Assembly: GCA_905182385.1 (NCBI GenBank) | Contig: CAJJBS010000016.1 | Location: 1 to 57,820, forward strand | Reading direction: 5' to 3' | Length of the DNA: 57,820 bases | From: Fidelibacterota bacterium TCS55 | Lineage (GTDB): Bacteria > Fidelibacterota > Marinisomatia > Marinisomatales > TCS55 | Shown: piece by piece, positions 27,166-36,987 of the stretch | Layout: every line of letters begins with the position of its first letter | How positions within the stretch are numbered: position 1 is the stretch's first letter | Program-made: the position numbers and the translations under genes | The notes under the pieces: generated by a model | Told to the model about the DNA's origin: nothing | Seen by the model: the letters and a program-made list of their open reading frames with translations, nothing else | Databases searched by the model: none

Positions 27166-28110
27166 ATGAAAGAAAAATTAAAAATATTCAGTGGCCGCAG
27201 CAACCCCTTGCTTGCTGAAAAGATTGCAAAATCTTTAGGTAAAAACCTAGGTAAGCTAGCCATTAAAACTTTTTCAGATGGTGAGTTATGGATAAAGTTT
27301 GAAGAAAATATACGAGGGTGTGATGTTTTTATAATTCAACCAACAAATAGCCCCGCTGAAAATATAATGGAGTTAATACTTACTATTGATGCAGCAGTAA
27401 GAGCATCAGCGAAGACCGTTACAGCGGTTGTGCCTTATTTTGGTTACGGTCGGCAAGATAGAAAAGACAACCCGCGAGTTCCTATATCTTCTAGGGTCAT
27501 GGTTGATTTAATTACAGCTACGGGAGCAGATAGGATGATAACAATGGATCTTCATTCAACTCAAATTCAAGGTTTTGCTGCAATACCATTTGATCATCTA
27601 TATAGTCGGATGGTTTTATTAGATGCTATAAAAGCTCTAAACTTTACGCCTGAGAACGCAGCAGTTTTATCTCCAGATGTTGGATCTGCGCGAATGAGTC
27701 AAGCTTATGCAAAATATTTAGGAATGCATTTTGCTTTAATAGATAAAAGAAGATACGCTCCAAACAAAGCAGAGGTAGTACACCTTATTGGTGATTTAAA
27801 GGGTAAAGATGTCTTAATAATTGATGATATGATAGACACAGCTGGGACAACCGTAAATGCTGCAGAAGCAGCTATAAGTAATGGAGCAAATAGTGTAACG
27901 GCTGTAGCTACTCATGCGGTACTTTCTGGATCCGCTATAGAGAGAATTAAAAATTCGGTGATTAAAAAATTAATTGTCACGGATACAGTATTAATTCCAA
28001 ATGATAAAAAATTAGATAATATGGAAATTGTAACAGTTTCAAAAGTATTTGGAGAAGCAATTCAACGTATTTACGATGGTGAATCAGTAAGTGCATTGTT
28101 TGAATTTTAA
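27166..28110 (+). CDS. prs: Ribose-phosphate pyrophosphokinase
   Basis: 314 aa with YFGYGRQDRK, DLHS..IQGF and the PRPP loop VLIIDDMIDTAGT. Confidence 0.95.
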   Translation: MKEKLKIFSGRSNPLLAEKIAKSLGKNLGKLAIKTFSDGELWIKFEENIRGCDVFIIQPTNSPAENIMELILTIDAAVRASAKTVTAVVPYFGYGRQDRKDNPRVPISSRVMVDLITATGADRMITMDLHSTQIQGFAAIPFDHLYSRMVLLDAIKALNFTPENAAVLSPDVGSARMSQAYAKYLGMHFALIDKRRYAPNKAEVVHLIGDLKGKDVLIIDDMIDTAGTTVNAAEAAISNGANSVTAVATHAVLSGSAIERIKNSVIKKLIVTDTVLIPNDKKLDNMEIVTVSKVFGEAIQRIYDGESVSALFEF

Positions 28111-28125
28111 TTAAAGGTAAATAAA

Positions 28126-28791
28126 ATGGCATCTTATTATAAACTAACCATAGAAGAACGCTCAGAGCTTGGTACGAGCACTGCGCGCTCAATGAGAAGA
28201 AATGGCAAAATACCAGCTAATTACTATTATCATGGTGAGTCTAATAAAAATATTACTATAGATAAAAAGGTTTTTAATCAAGCAGTTCAATCCGGACAAA
28301 GAGTCTTTGAAGTTGAAATGAACGGAGAGACGCTATATGTAAGGATTAAAGCTGTTCAGTATCACCCGGTGACTGAAAATGTAATGCATGTAGATTTAAT
28401 GCGAGTGAGAAGAACAGAAAAAATGACTGTAACTATTCCAGTTATTTTAGAAGGTGAAGCGACTGGCGCCATAGAAGGGGGTCTTGTTGCTCAAGTGGCT
28501 TCTTCTATTGATATAGAATGTTTTCCTACGGATATCCCGGAAAATATTATTTTAGACATATCAAGCTTAGAGCTTAATGGTGTAATGACAGCAAGTGAAT
28601 TAACTTTATTAGAAGATGTTGTTTTAATATCGCCTCAAGATACGACTATTGCTACTTGTAATGCTCCAAGAGCTGAAGTAGAGCCAGAAGTAGAAGCGTT
28701 AGAAGAAGGTGAAACAGATGAAACCAGTGAAGGCTCAAGTGATGGTGATGACAAAGAAAAAGATGATCCTGAAAAAGAAAAAGCTTCCTAG
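28126..28791 (+). CDS. rplY: 50S ribosomal protein L25/general stress protein Ctc, with an acidic tail
   Basis: 221 aa. The N-terminus is L25-like (RSELGTSTARSMRRNGKIPANYY), there is a Ctc-type second domain, and the C-terminus is rich in Glu/Asp. Confidence 0.88.
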   Translation: MASYYKLTIEERSELGTSTARSMRRNGKIPANYYYHGESNKNITIDKKVFNQAVQSGQRVFEVEMNGETLYVRIKAVQYHPVTENVMHVDLMRVRRTEKMTVTIPVILEGEATGAIEGGLVAQVASSIDIECFPTDIPENIILDISSLELNGVMTASELTLLEDVVLISPQDTTIATCNAPRAEVEPEVEALEEGETDETSEGSSDGDDKEKDDPEKEKAS

Positions 28792-28796
28792 TAATC

Positions 28797-29351
28797 ATGC
28801 TTGCCTTTATTGGGCTAGGAAATCCTGGTGATAAATATGCAAATACTAAACATAATGCAGGCTATTGGGTGTTAAACGAATTAGCTAATAGGCAAAAACT
28901 GGAATTTAAGCCTGGCAAGGGTGATTATATTTTTGCTCAAAATCAAAAGAAAGAATTGTTGTTGGTTAAGCCAACAACAGGAATGAACCTTAGTGGTGTT
29001 GCTGTAAAAGATGTGACTAATCGTTGGAATCTTTTACCTTCTGAAACATTTATTATACTAGATGATGTCGACCTACCATTAGGATCAATTAGGATTAAGC
29101 CTAAAGGTGGCGATGGTTGCCATAGAGGAATGCAAAATATTATTTATCAACTAAGAACAAATGATTTCCCAAGGCTTAGATTGGGAGTTGCGACAGATGA
29201 AAGTTTGCGCCCTGCTGAAAAGTTTGTTTTGAAACCTTTTCGTAAAGATGATGAAGTTGAAGCTCAATCAATGGTAAAGCATGGAGCTGATGCATTAGAA
29301 AACATTTTATTTCAAGGTTTGAATCATACCATGAATCATTTTAATTCTTAA
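28797..29351 (+). CDS. pth: Peptidyl-tRNA hydrolase
   Basis: 184 aa with GLGNPGDKYANTKHNAGY and a GHRGMQ-type motif (GCHRGMQNI). Confidence 0.92.
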   Translation: MLAFIGLGNPGDKYANTKHNAGYWVLNELANRQKLEFKPGKGDYIFAQNQKKELLLVKPTTGMNLSGVAVKDVTNRWNLLPSETFIILDDVDLPLGSIRIKPKGGDGCHRGMQNIIYQLRTNDFPRLRLGVATDESLRPAEKFVLKPFRKDDEVEAQSMVKHGADALENILFQGLNHTMNHFNS

Positions 29352-29369
29352 ATAAGGAGTAATTAACAG

Positions 29370-31514
29370 ATGAATCCTAATTTTATTTTTATAATTGGAG
29401 CTGCTGTTTTAGCCATGTTTTATTCATTCTGGAAAACAGGTTGGATTAATAAGCAAGACGAAGGAACAGAGAGAATGAAGTTAATTGGGTCAAAGATTGC
29501 AGATGGTGCAATGGCATTCCTGAAAGCTGAGTATCGTGTTCTCTCTATTTTTGTTATTGCTGTTGCTATACTTTTAGGCTTTGCAAATGCAGGCAGAGCC
29601 GACTCTAGCGCATTGATATCATTATCCTTTATTGTTGGAGCAATAGCTTCTGCTTTAGCTGGTTTTTTAGGGATGAAAGTAGCTACTAAAGCTAATAATA
29701 GAACAACAAATGCAGCCAGGTCAAGTCTCTCATCTGCTTTAAATGTTGCTTTTACGGGTGGCTCTGTAATGGGAATGAGCGTAGTTGGATTAGGGATTTT
29801 AGGATTTGGTGGCCTATTTATATTTTATACAGAGCTTTATGGGACTGATGGCATCGCTATTAAAACGGTCTTAAATGTAATATCAGGGTTTTCATTAGGC
29901 GCCTCTTCAATAGCACTTTTTGCTCGAGTAGGCGGAGGAATATATACTAAAGCTGCTGATGTTGGAGCTGATCTAGTTGGTAAAGTTGAAGCTGGAATTC
30001 CAGAAGATCATCCTTTAAACCCTGCAACGATTGCTGATAATGTAGGTGATAACGTAGGTGATGTGGCTGGTATGGGGGCAGATTTATTTGAATCATATGT
30101 TGGCTCAATACTTGGCTCTATGGTGCTTGGCGCTAGTGTAGTTGTAATGGGGGGCTTTGATTTTAATTTTGTTCTTCTTCCTCTATTAATTGCATCAGCT
30201 GGAATTATTGTATCTATAATTGGGACTTTTATGGTAAGGGTTAAAGAAGGTGGAGATCCTCAAAAAGCGCTTAATCGAGGTGAGTTTGGTAGTTCTTTTG
30301 TTATGGTTGGTGTTATTTACTTTTTAATTCAAGAATTTTTACCAGCGGAGTTTGTTCAAGGAGGTGTAGTATTTAATAGTATGGGAGTATTCTATGCGAC
30401 AATAATTGGATTAGCGGCTGGTCTTGGGATTGGCATGATTACGGAGCACTACACTGGTACAGGGGGGTCTCCTGTTAAATCAATAACTGATCAATCTGTT
30501 ACAGGAGCCGCAACTAATATTATTGCTGGATTAGGCGTTGGAATGCAATCTACTGCAATTCCAATTTTGATTTTAGCTTCTGGTATTATGGGTGCTCATT
30601 ATTTTGCAGGTCTTTATGGTATAGCCATGGCTGCTTTAGGAATGCTTGCTAATACTGGTATTCAGTTAGCCGTGGATGCTTATGGCCCAATTTCCGATAA
30701 TGCAGGAGGAATCGCTGAAATGGCTGAGCTTCCAGCTGAGGTTCGAGAAAGAACTGACAAGTTAGATGCTGTTGGTAACACAACGGCAGCTATTGGCAAA
30801 GGCTTTGCTATTGGTTCTGCAGCTTTAACGGCTCTTGCCCTTTTTGCTGCATTTATGGTTCAAAGTGGTATTAAAAGTATTGATATTTCTAACCCAAATG
30901 TTATGGCAGGTTTATTTGTTGGAGGTATGTTGCCCTTTCTATTTTCATCAATGGCTCTGGGAGCAGTTGGAAGAGCCGCAATGTCAATGATTGAAGAAGT
31001 GCGACGTCAGTTTAGAGAGATTCCTGAACTGAAAGCAGCTTTAGCTATATTGAATAAAGGCGATGAATCTTCTTGGTCAGAAGAAGATAGGTCTATTTAT
31101 GAATTAGGGCTTGATAAAGCTGAACATGGTAGATGTGTGGAAATTTCTACCCAAGCAGCTATAAAAGAAATGATTTTGCCTGGAATTTTAGCAATAACCT
31201 CTCCTGTAATTGTTGGTTTTATTTTTGGTCCTGAAACATTAGGTGGTCTTTTAGCTGGAGTTACAGTCTGTGGTGTGCTGATGGCTATTTTTCAATCAAA
31301 TTCGGGTGGTGCTTGGGATAATGCAAAGAAAATGATTGAAGAAGGAATTGAAGTAAATGGTAAATCGTATGGTAAAGGTTCTGAGACACATAAAGCAGCT
31401 GTAGTTGGCGATACAGTTGGAGACCCATTCAAAGATACTTCGGGTCCGTCACTAAATATTTTAATTAAACTTATGTCTGTGGTGTCATTAGTAATTGCAC
31501 CGCTGATTGCTTGA
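29370..31514 (+). CDS. hppA: Membrane-bound cation-translocating pyrophosphatase (K+-dependent-type signature)
   Basis: 714 aa with about 16 TM segments. Motifs: [38 protein letters not shown] (Ala, not Lys, at the K+-dependence position) and [16 protein letters not shown]. Confidence 0.95.
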   Translation: MNPNFIFIIGAAVLAMFYSFWKTGWINKQDEGTERMKLIGSKIADGAMAFLKAEYRVLSIFVIAVAILLGFANAGRADSSALISLSFIVGAIASALAGFLGMKVATKANNRTTNAARSSLSSALNVAFTGGSVMGMSVVGLGILGFGGLFIFYTELYGTDGIAIKTVLNVISGFSLGASSIALFARVGGGIYTKAADVGADLVGKVEAGIPEDHPLNPATIADNVGDNVGDVAGMGADLFESYVGSILGSMVLGASVVVMGGFDFNFVLLPLLIASAGIIVSIIGTFMVRVKEGGDPQKALNRGEFGSSFVMVGVIYFLIQEFLPAEFVQGGVVFNSMGVFYATIIGLAAGLGIGMITEHYTGTGGSPVKSITDQSVTGAATNIIAGLGVGMQSTAIPILILASGIMGAHYFAGLYGIAMAALGMLANTGIQLAVDAYGPISDNAGGIAEMAELPAEVRERTDKLDAVGNTTAAIGKGFAIGSAALTALALFAAFMVQSGIKSIDISNPNVMAGLFVGGMLPFLFSSMALGAVGRAAMSMIEEVRRQFREIPELKAALAILNKGDESSWSEEDRSIYELGLDKAEHGRCVEISTQAAIKEMILPGILAITSPVIVGFIFGPETLGGLLAGVTVCGVLMAIFQSNSGGAWDNAKKMIEEGIEVNGKSYGKGSETHKAAVVGDTVGDPFKDTSGPSLNILIKLMSVVSLVIAPLIA

Positions 31515-31529
31515 AAATTGGAGATTTAA

Positions 31530-32150
31530 ATGAGATACTATGAAAGTTTATATATTGTAAATCCGAATTATGAACAAGAACGCCTTGATGATGTTATGAA
31601 ATCGGTCGCTGATAAATCAATTGAGTGTGGTTTCTCAATTATTAATCATAGAATATGGGGTAAAAAAAGATTAGCATATTCAATTGAAAAAAATAAGTAC
31701 GGTTCATATATTTTGTTTCATTTTGAAACAGAATCAACTAAAAATTTAGATGATTTTGAGCGCTTTATGGTTTTACAAAAAACTATATTAAGAAATCAAA
31801 CTATAAGTTTAGCGAATAAACCAGAAGCTCATGTTGAAGATGAACCTGCTAAAAATGAAGAACAAAAAGAAACCACGGAAGGTTCATCGGTGGCTACCAA
31901 AACAAAAGAAAAATTAAATATTGAACCTGCTAAAAATGAAGAACAAAAAGAAACTACTGAAGGTTCATCAGTGGCTACAAAAACAAAAGAAAAATCAAAT
32001 GTTGAATCTGAACAAAACTCTGAAAAAGAACCCTTAATAGAAGAAGAGAAAGCGGTTGAAATTGAAGAGACGTTAGCTCAGAATGAAGAAATAGAAGAAA
32101 AAGTAGAGCTGGCTATTGAAGAAGAAACAACAGAAGAAGTTCAGGAGTAA
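31530..32150 (+). CDS. rpsF: 30S ribosomal protein S6 with a long acidic repeat-containing C-terminal extension
   Basis: 206 aa. The first ~95 aa are S6-like (MRYYESLYIVNP.., KRLAYSIEKNKYGSY). The rest is a Glu/Lys-rich tail containing a 27-aa tandem repeat. Confidence 0.9.
   Translation: MRYYESLYIVNPNYEQERLDDVMKSVADKSIECGFSIINHRIWGKKRLAYSIEKNKYGSYILFHFETESTKNLDDFERFMVLQKTILRNQTISLANKPEAHVEDEPAKNEEQKETTEGSSVATKTKEKLNIEPAKNEEQKETTEGSSVATKTKEKSNVESEQNSEKEPLIEEEKAVEIEETLAQNEEIEEKVELAIEEETTEEVQE
31842..32003 (+). repeat. Two tandem 81-nt (27-codon) repeats inside the rpsF tail
   Basis: 31842-31922 and 31923-32003 differ at about 6 positions. Each encodes EPAKNEEQKETTEGSSVATKTKEK(L/S)N(I/V). Confidence 0.9.
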
Positions 32151-32153
32151 ATC

Positions 32154-32384
32154 ATGGCTTTTCAAAGTAGAAAAAAATTCTGTTTTTTTAAAGAAAATAG
32201 TATAACTGAAGTTGATTATAAAGATGTCAAACTATTAAAACGCTTTGTTACAGATCAAGGTAAGATTATGCCTCGTAGAATTACGGGAACGAGCGCTAAA
32301 ATGCATCGAAAATTAGTTAGAGCAATTAAGCAAGCTCGTAATATTGCACTAATGCCTTATACGAACATAAGCACTGAGGGTTAA
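32154..32384 (+). CDS. rpsR: 30S ribosomal protein S18
   Basis: 76 aa with [26 protein letters not shown] and [11 protein letters not shown]. Confidence 0.95.
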   Translation: MAFQSRKKFCFFKENSITEVDYKDVKLLKRFVTDQGKIMPRRITGTSAKMHRKLVRAIKQARNIALMPYTNISTEG

Positions 32385-32386
32385 AA

Positions 32387-32830
32387 ATGGATATTATTTT
32401 ATTACAAGATGTTGAAACACTAGGAACTTCTGGCGATATTATAAAAGTTAAACCGGGATATGCTAGAAATTTCTTATTTCCCCGAGGACTAGCAGTTCGA
32501 TCTTCTAAGAGAAATAGAGCTTTGGCAGATGAGAAAAAGAATTCTGCAAAGGCAAAAGAATTAAGACAGGCTCACGTATATGAAGAAATGGTTGATAATT
32601 TAAAAAAGACTGAAGTGACAATTGAAGTACAGGTAGGAGAAGAAGATCGCCTTTTTGGATCAGTAACAAGTCAAGATATTCACAAGGCGTTAATTGAGAA
32701 AGGTGTAGAAATTGAGAGATCCTCAATTGAGCTTGAAGAACCAATAAAAGCATTAGGTGTTTATGCTGTTAATATAAAAGTTGCAAAGGGCTTGCTTCAA
32801 GAAATAAAGGTCTTTGTCATTCAAGCGTAA
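32387..32830 (+). CDS. rplI: 50S ribosomal protein L9
   Basis: 147 aa with MDIILLQDVETLGTSGDIIKVKPGYARNFLFPRGLA. Confidence 0.95.
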   Translation: MDIILLQDVETLGTSGDIIKVKPGYARNFLFPRGLAVRSSKRNRALADEKKNSAKAKELRQAHVYEEMVDNLKKTEVTIEVQVGEEDRLFGSVTSQDIHKALIEKGVEIERSSIELEEPIKALGVYAVNIKVAKGLLQEIKVFVIQA

Positions 32831-32850
32831 AGCTTTTTTATATAATTTAG

Positions 32851-32890
32851 AACCCTCTCTGGATATTTTTTCAGCGAGGGTTTTTTATTT
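32851..32890 (+). terminator. Rho-independent terminator after rplI
   Basis: Stem CCCTCTCTG (32853-32861) pairs with CAGCGAGGG (32872-32880), giving 9 bp with 1 mismatch. The loop is 10 nt and is followed by TTTTTTATTT. Confidence 0.75.
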
Positions 32891-32908
32891 AAGTTAGATT
32901 CTATTAAT

Positions 32909-34762
32909 ATGATTAAGCAATCTATAAAGTATTTCAGTCATTTATTGCTTTTCTGGATGACTCTTTTTACTCTCGATCGTATTTTATTTATACTATATAA
33001 TGTAAATGAACTAGAAATTTCTATTATTAAAAAAATAGAACCAATTTGGCAAGGCTTGCGACTTGATCTAGCTACAGCTTGTTATCTTTCATTACCAATA
33101 TTTATAATATGGGTAATTAGCTTGTTTTTTTATTTAATAAACTCACAAAAAATAATTAAAACATATTTTATTCTAATTATTCCAATGTTAGTGTTTGGAA
33201 TAATTCTGAACTTAGAAATTTATGATAAATGGGGACATCAAATTAATAGCGATACGATTTCGTATTTAAAATACCCTCGAGAAGCCTGGGCTTCGTCACT
33301 GAACTCCCCCCTTATATTATTACTATCTCTGTTTACAGTAGTTACCTTTTTATTTTTAAAATGGAGTAAGTATATTTCAGAATTAAATTGGCAGACGAAA
33401 GAAAAAAAAGCAAGTTTTAATATAAAAAAAATATCAATTAAGACACTTAAAGGGTTGATAGCATTTATAATTTATGGTTTATGTATGCGAGGAGGCGTTC
33501 AGCTTTCACCAATTAATCAGAGTTTTGCTTATTATTCAAAAGAATCAGCTTTAAATGCAGCGGCAGTAAATACAATCTATAATTATATATATAGCGCTAC
33601 ACAAAAAAATCATATAAATCCATATAAGTACTTTTCAGAAAATGAAATTGACAGTTTTCTTTTTAAGGAAGATAGTAAAGTAAATAAAAATATAAAAATA
33701 ATATCAACTGAAAAGCCTAATATCGTCCTTATTATAATGGAAGGCTTAGCTGCTGAAATTTTATTTAGTGAAGAAAAATTAACACCTAATATGAATAGGT
33801 TAATTAAAAGAAGTTTATATTTTGAAAATATTTATGCAACTTCTACGAGAACGGATCGAGGACTTGTTTCGATTTTAAGTGGCTATCCTTCATTGCCAAA
33901 TATATCTGTAGTAAAAGAGCCTGAAAAAGCAGCTCAACTTTCTTTTTTATCAAAAGAGTTTAAAAGAAATGGATATTCAACCAGTTTTATTTATGGTGGT
34001 GAATCTGAATTTGCGAACATTAAATCATATCTTTTAAATTCAAAATTTGATAAGATAATCGATAAAAATAATTTTCAAAAAAAAGATATGAATTCCAAAT
34101 GGGGTGCTCATGATCATATAGTTTTTAATGAAAGTTTTATACAATTAAAAAATATAGAAGAACCATTTTTCACAACTATCTTAACTCTATCTAGTCATGA
34201 GCCATTTGAAGTACCCATGGAAACGATCATTAAAGGTAATGATCGTCAATCTTTATATAAAAACTCAGTAATGTATTTGGATAGATCCATTGGCAGTTTT
34301 ATGGATAAAGTATCAACTCAAAAATATTATGATAATACAGTCTTTATATTTATTTCAGATCATGGATTTCGAGTTGGAGATACAATGAATCGAGATAAAA
34401 AGAGGTATCATATTCCTTTTTTTATTTATGGTTCTCCACTTAATAATAAATGGATAGGGAAGAAAATAGCTAAGGTTGGAAGTCAATCTGACTTACCTAA
34501 AACAATATTAAATCAATTAAATTTTAATTCAGATCAATTTAATTTTTCTAATGATATATTTATAAAGAAAGCTCTTTTTGCTCAATACACTTTTAGTCAT
34601 GGATTTGGAGTAGTTTCAGATAAGCAAAGCCTAATATATGATTATGATACAAAAGATATTCAATATTCTAATAAAAAATTAAATGCAAATAATGAGTTTC
34701 TTTTTAATTTTGGTAAAGCTTATTTGCAAAAAGCTTACCAAGATTTTATTGATAAAAAATAA
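32909..34762 (+). CDS. LTA-synthase/phosphoglycerol-transferase family membrane sulfatase-fold protein
   Basis: 617 aa with about 5 N-terminal TM segments followed by an alkaline-phosphatase/sulfatase domain (VLIIMEGL, ATSTRTDRG, FISDHG). Confidence 0.8.
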   Translation: MIKQSIKYFSHLLLFWMTLFTLDRILFILYNVNELEISIIKKIEPIWQGLRLDLATACYLSLPIFIIWVISLFFYLINSQKIIKTYFILIIPMLVFGIILNLEIYDKWGHQINSDTISYLKYPREAWASSLNSPLILLLSLFTVVTFLFLKWSKYISELNWQTKEKKASFNIKKISIKTLKGLIAFIIYGLCMRGGVQLSPINQSFAYYSKESALNAAAVNTIYNYIYSATQKNHINPYKYFSENEIDSFLFKEDSKVNKNIKIISTEKPNIVLIIMEGLAAEILFSEEKLTPNMNRLIKRSLYFENIYATSTRTDRGLVSILSGYPSLPNISVVKEPEKAAQLSFLSKEFKRNGYSTSFIYGGESEFANIKSYLLNSKFDKIIDKNNFQKKDMNSKWGAHDHIVFNESFIQLKNIEEPFFTTILTLSSHEPFEVPMETIIKGNDRQSLYKNSVMYLDRSIGSFMDKVSTQKYYDNTVFIFISDHGFRVGDTMNRDKKRYHIPFFIYGSPLNNKWIGKKIAKVGSQSDLPKTILNQLNFNSDQFNFSNDIFIKKALFAQYTFSHGFGVVSDKQSLIYDYDTKDIQYSNKKLNANNEFLFNFGKAYLQKAYQDFIDKK

Positions 34763-34764
34763 TT

Positions 34765-36987
34765 ATGTTTGCTGAAGTTTCATTCCCAATTTCGAGCTAT
34801 CAGACTTTTTCATATAAAGTCCCAGATCATTTAGCGCCAAAAATTATAGTTGGAATTCGAGTAATAGTTCCTTTGGGGAATCGTAAGGTTAAGGGTATTA
34901 TTGTTGGAATAAATAAGGTTTCTTCATTTAAAGGTAAAATAAGAACAATTTATGATCTAGTAGATGACCAGCAAGTCTTAAACGATAATTTATGGTCTCT
35001 TATTAAATGGTTGTCTAAATATTATAATTCACCTTTAGGCCTGGCGGCCAAAGCTGTACTTCCATCAAATCTATCTACAAAGTATAAGCCGAAAGTAGAA
35101 TTTTTAGTCGAAGCTTTACCAGTAAAAGAGATTAATAATTCTTTAGGTAGCGCCCAAAAAACTGTTTATAGCCACCTTAAAAGCTTAGAAGGCAGAGTAC
35201 ATGTAAAATCTTTATCAAGTCTTTGTTCTAACCCAAAAGACATTTGCAAGAAATTAGCTGAAAAAGGATTAGTCTCATTATTAGATAGGCCAATAATTCC
35301 TGATCTAAGTGAATTTGCTTTTAAATCTAAAAATAAAGAGATTATTTTAACTTCAGCGCAAAATGTTGCACTAGAAAAAATGGTTAGTTCTATGGATAAA
35401 GATAAATTTAATTCTATTTTGCTTCATGGCGTAACTGGAAGTGGTAAAACTGAAATTTATATTGAAGCAGCTCGACATGCTATAAAAATAAATAAGACAG
35501 TTATTATGTTACTTCCCGAAATTTCTTTAACTCCGCAGATCGCTGGTAGGTTTAGATCAGCATTTGGAGATGATGTGGCTTTATGGCATTCTAAGTTGAG
35601 CCAGGGGGCAAGAGCTTGGACGTGGAAGCAAATTTGTGGAGGAAAATTTAAAGTAGTTATTGGAGCCCGTTCAGCAATTTTTTCACCATTAAAAAATGTG
35701 GGCTTAATTGTAGTTGATGAAGAACAAGAATCATCTTATAAACAAGAATCTCCAAATCCAAGATATCATGCAAGAGATGTTGCGCTCATGCGAGGAAAAC
35801 TAGACAATGCTTCTGTTATATTAGCGAGTGCTACTCCAAGTATGGAGTCTTATTATAATCACCTTAATGGTAAATATGAATATATACATTTAAAAGAAAG
35901 GTTTGGTGGTGCAAAATATCCAAAGGTGCATGTCGTGGATATGATTAAGGAGTCAGAAGAAACAGAATTATATGGAAATATTTTTTCAAGATTACTTTTA
36001 GAAAAAATTGAAGATAGATTATCCAAAAAAGAGCAAGTCATCTTATTTCACAATCGTAGAGGTTTTGCGCCTATTTTAAGATGCGAGGACTGCGGAGAGA
36101 TTTCTATGTGTCCTCATTGTAATATTGCTTTAACCTATCATAGCAGCGGTAAATATTTACAATGTCACTTCTGCAATCATACTAAAAAGACGATACCCTC
36201 TAAGTGTGATTCTTGCCAAAGTTTTAAGATAAAGCTGTCTGGAACTGGAACGCAAAAAGTTGAAGATGAATTATTAAATAAATTTCCTGAAGCAGTAATT
36301 AAAAGATTAGATGCAGACTCTGTGAGATCAGGGATTAATCTGACGAGAATCCTCCAACAATTTTATGATAATAAAATAGACATATTGCTAGGGACTCAAA
36401 TGATAGCAAAAGGTTTAGACTTTGCAAATGCTACCTTAGTAGGTATTATAAATGGAGATACAGGATTATTTTTACCAGACTTTCGCTCCAGTGAAAAAGT
36501 TTTTCAATTAATTTATCAAGCCGCAGGACGATCTGGAAGAGGCGAAATTCCAGGCGAGGTTATCATTCAAACTTATAGTCCTGAAAACCCTGTAATTAAA
36601 TGTGCGACAGAGCTTAATGTGGAGAAATATTATAATATTTGCTTAGAAGAGAGAAAAGCTCTTTTATATCCACCTTTTAGCTGGATGGTAAAACTTGAAA
36701 TACGAGGAAAAAATATAAGTGAAGTTGAAAAATCTATTAATAAAATAAAAGATAGAATGACTTATCCGCCAAAAGGGATTTCTATTCTTGGCCCGGCATT
36801 ATGTTATCGAGAAAAACTCAGAGATTATTATCGAATGCAATTAATATTAAAATCAAATAAGGAATTAGATATTAATGGCTCTAAGCTTCACAAATATTAT
36901 AAATCAATTATGTCTAAAGGTGTTAGTAATGAGATTCCTTCAAAACAAAGATTGATAATTGATATTAATCCTGTATCATTGTTATGA
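34765..36987 (+). CDS. priA: Primosomal replication-restart helicase PriA
   Basis: 740 aa with Walker A GVTGSGKTE, VVDEEQES and a Cys-rich zinc module (CEDCGEISMCPHCNIALTYH..CHFCNH..CDSC). Confidence 0.92.
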   Translation: MFAEVSFPISSYQTFSYKVPDHLAPKIIVGIRVIVPLGNRKVKGIIVGINKVSSFKGKIRTIYDLVDDQQVLNDNLWSLIKWLSKYYNSPLGLAAKAVLPSNLSTKYKPKVEFLVEALPVKEINNSLGSAQKTVYSHLKSLEGRVHVKSLSSLCSNPKDICKKLAEKGLVSLLDRPIIPDLSEFAFKSKNKEIILTSAQNVALEKMVSSMDKDKFNSILLHGVTGSGKTEIYIEAARHAIKINKTVIMLLPEISLTPQIAGRFRSAFGDDVALWHSKLSQGARAWTWKQICGGKFKVVIGARSAIFSPLKNVGLIVVDEEQESSYKQESPNPRYHARDVALMRGKLDNASVILASATPSMESYYNHLNGKYEYIHLKERFGGAKYPKVHVVDMIKESEETELYGNIFSRLLLEKIEDRLSKKEQVILFHNRRGFAPILRCEDCGEISMCPHCNIALTYHSSGKYLQCHFCNHTKKTIPSKCDSCQSFKIKLSGTGTQKVEDELLNKFPEAVIKRLDADSVRSGINLTRILQQFYDNKIDILLGTQMIAKGLDFANATLVGIINGDTGLFLPDFRSSEKVFQLIYQAAGRSGRGEIPGEVIIQTYSPENPVIKCATELNVEKYYNICLEERKALLYPPFSWMVKLEIRGKNISEVEKSINKIKDRMTYPPKGISILGPALCYREKLRDYYRMQLILKSNKELDINGSKLHKYYKSIMSKGVSNEIPSKQRLIIDINPVSLL

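Noticed and set aside
27045-27263. A 72-aa minus-strand ORF spanning the ispE-prs junction.
   Set aside because: It overlaps a cleanly folding tRNA-Gln (27084-27154) and the 5' end of prs, so it is spurious.
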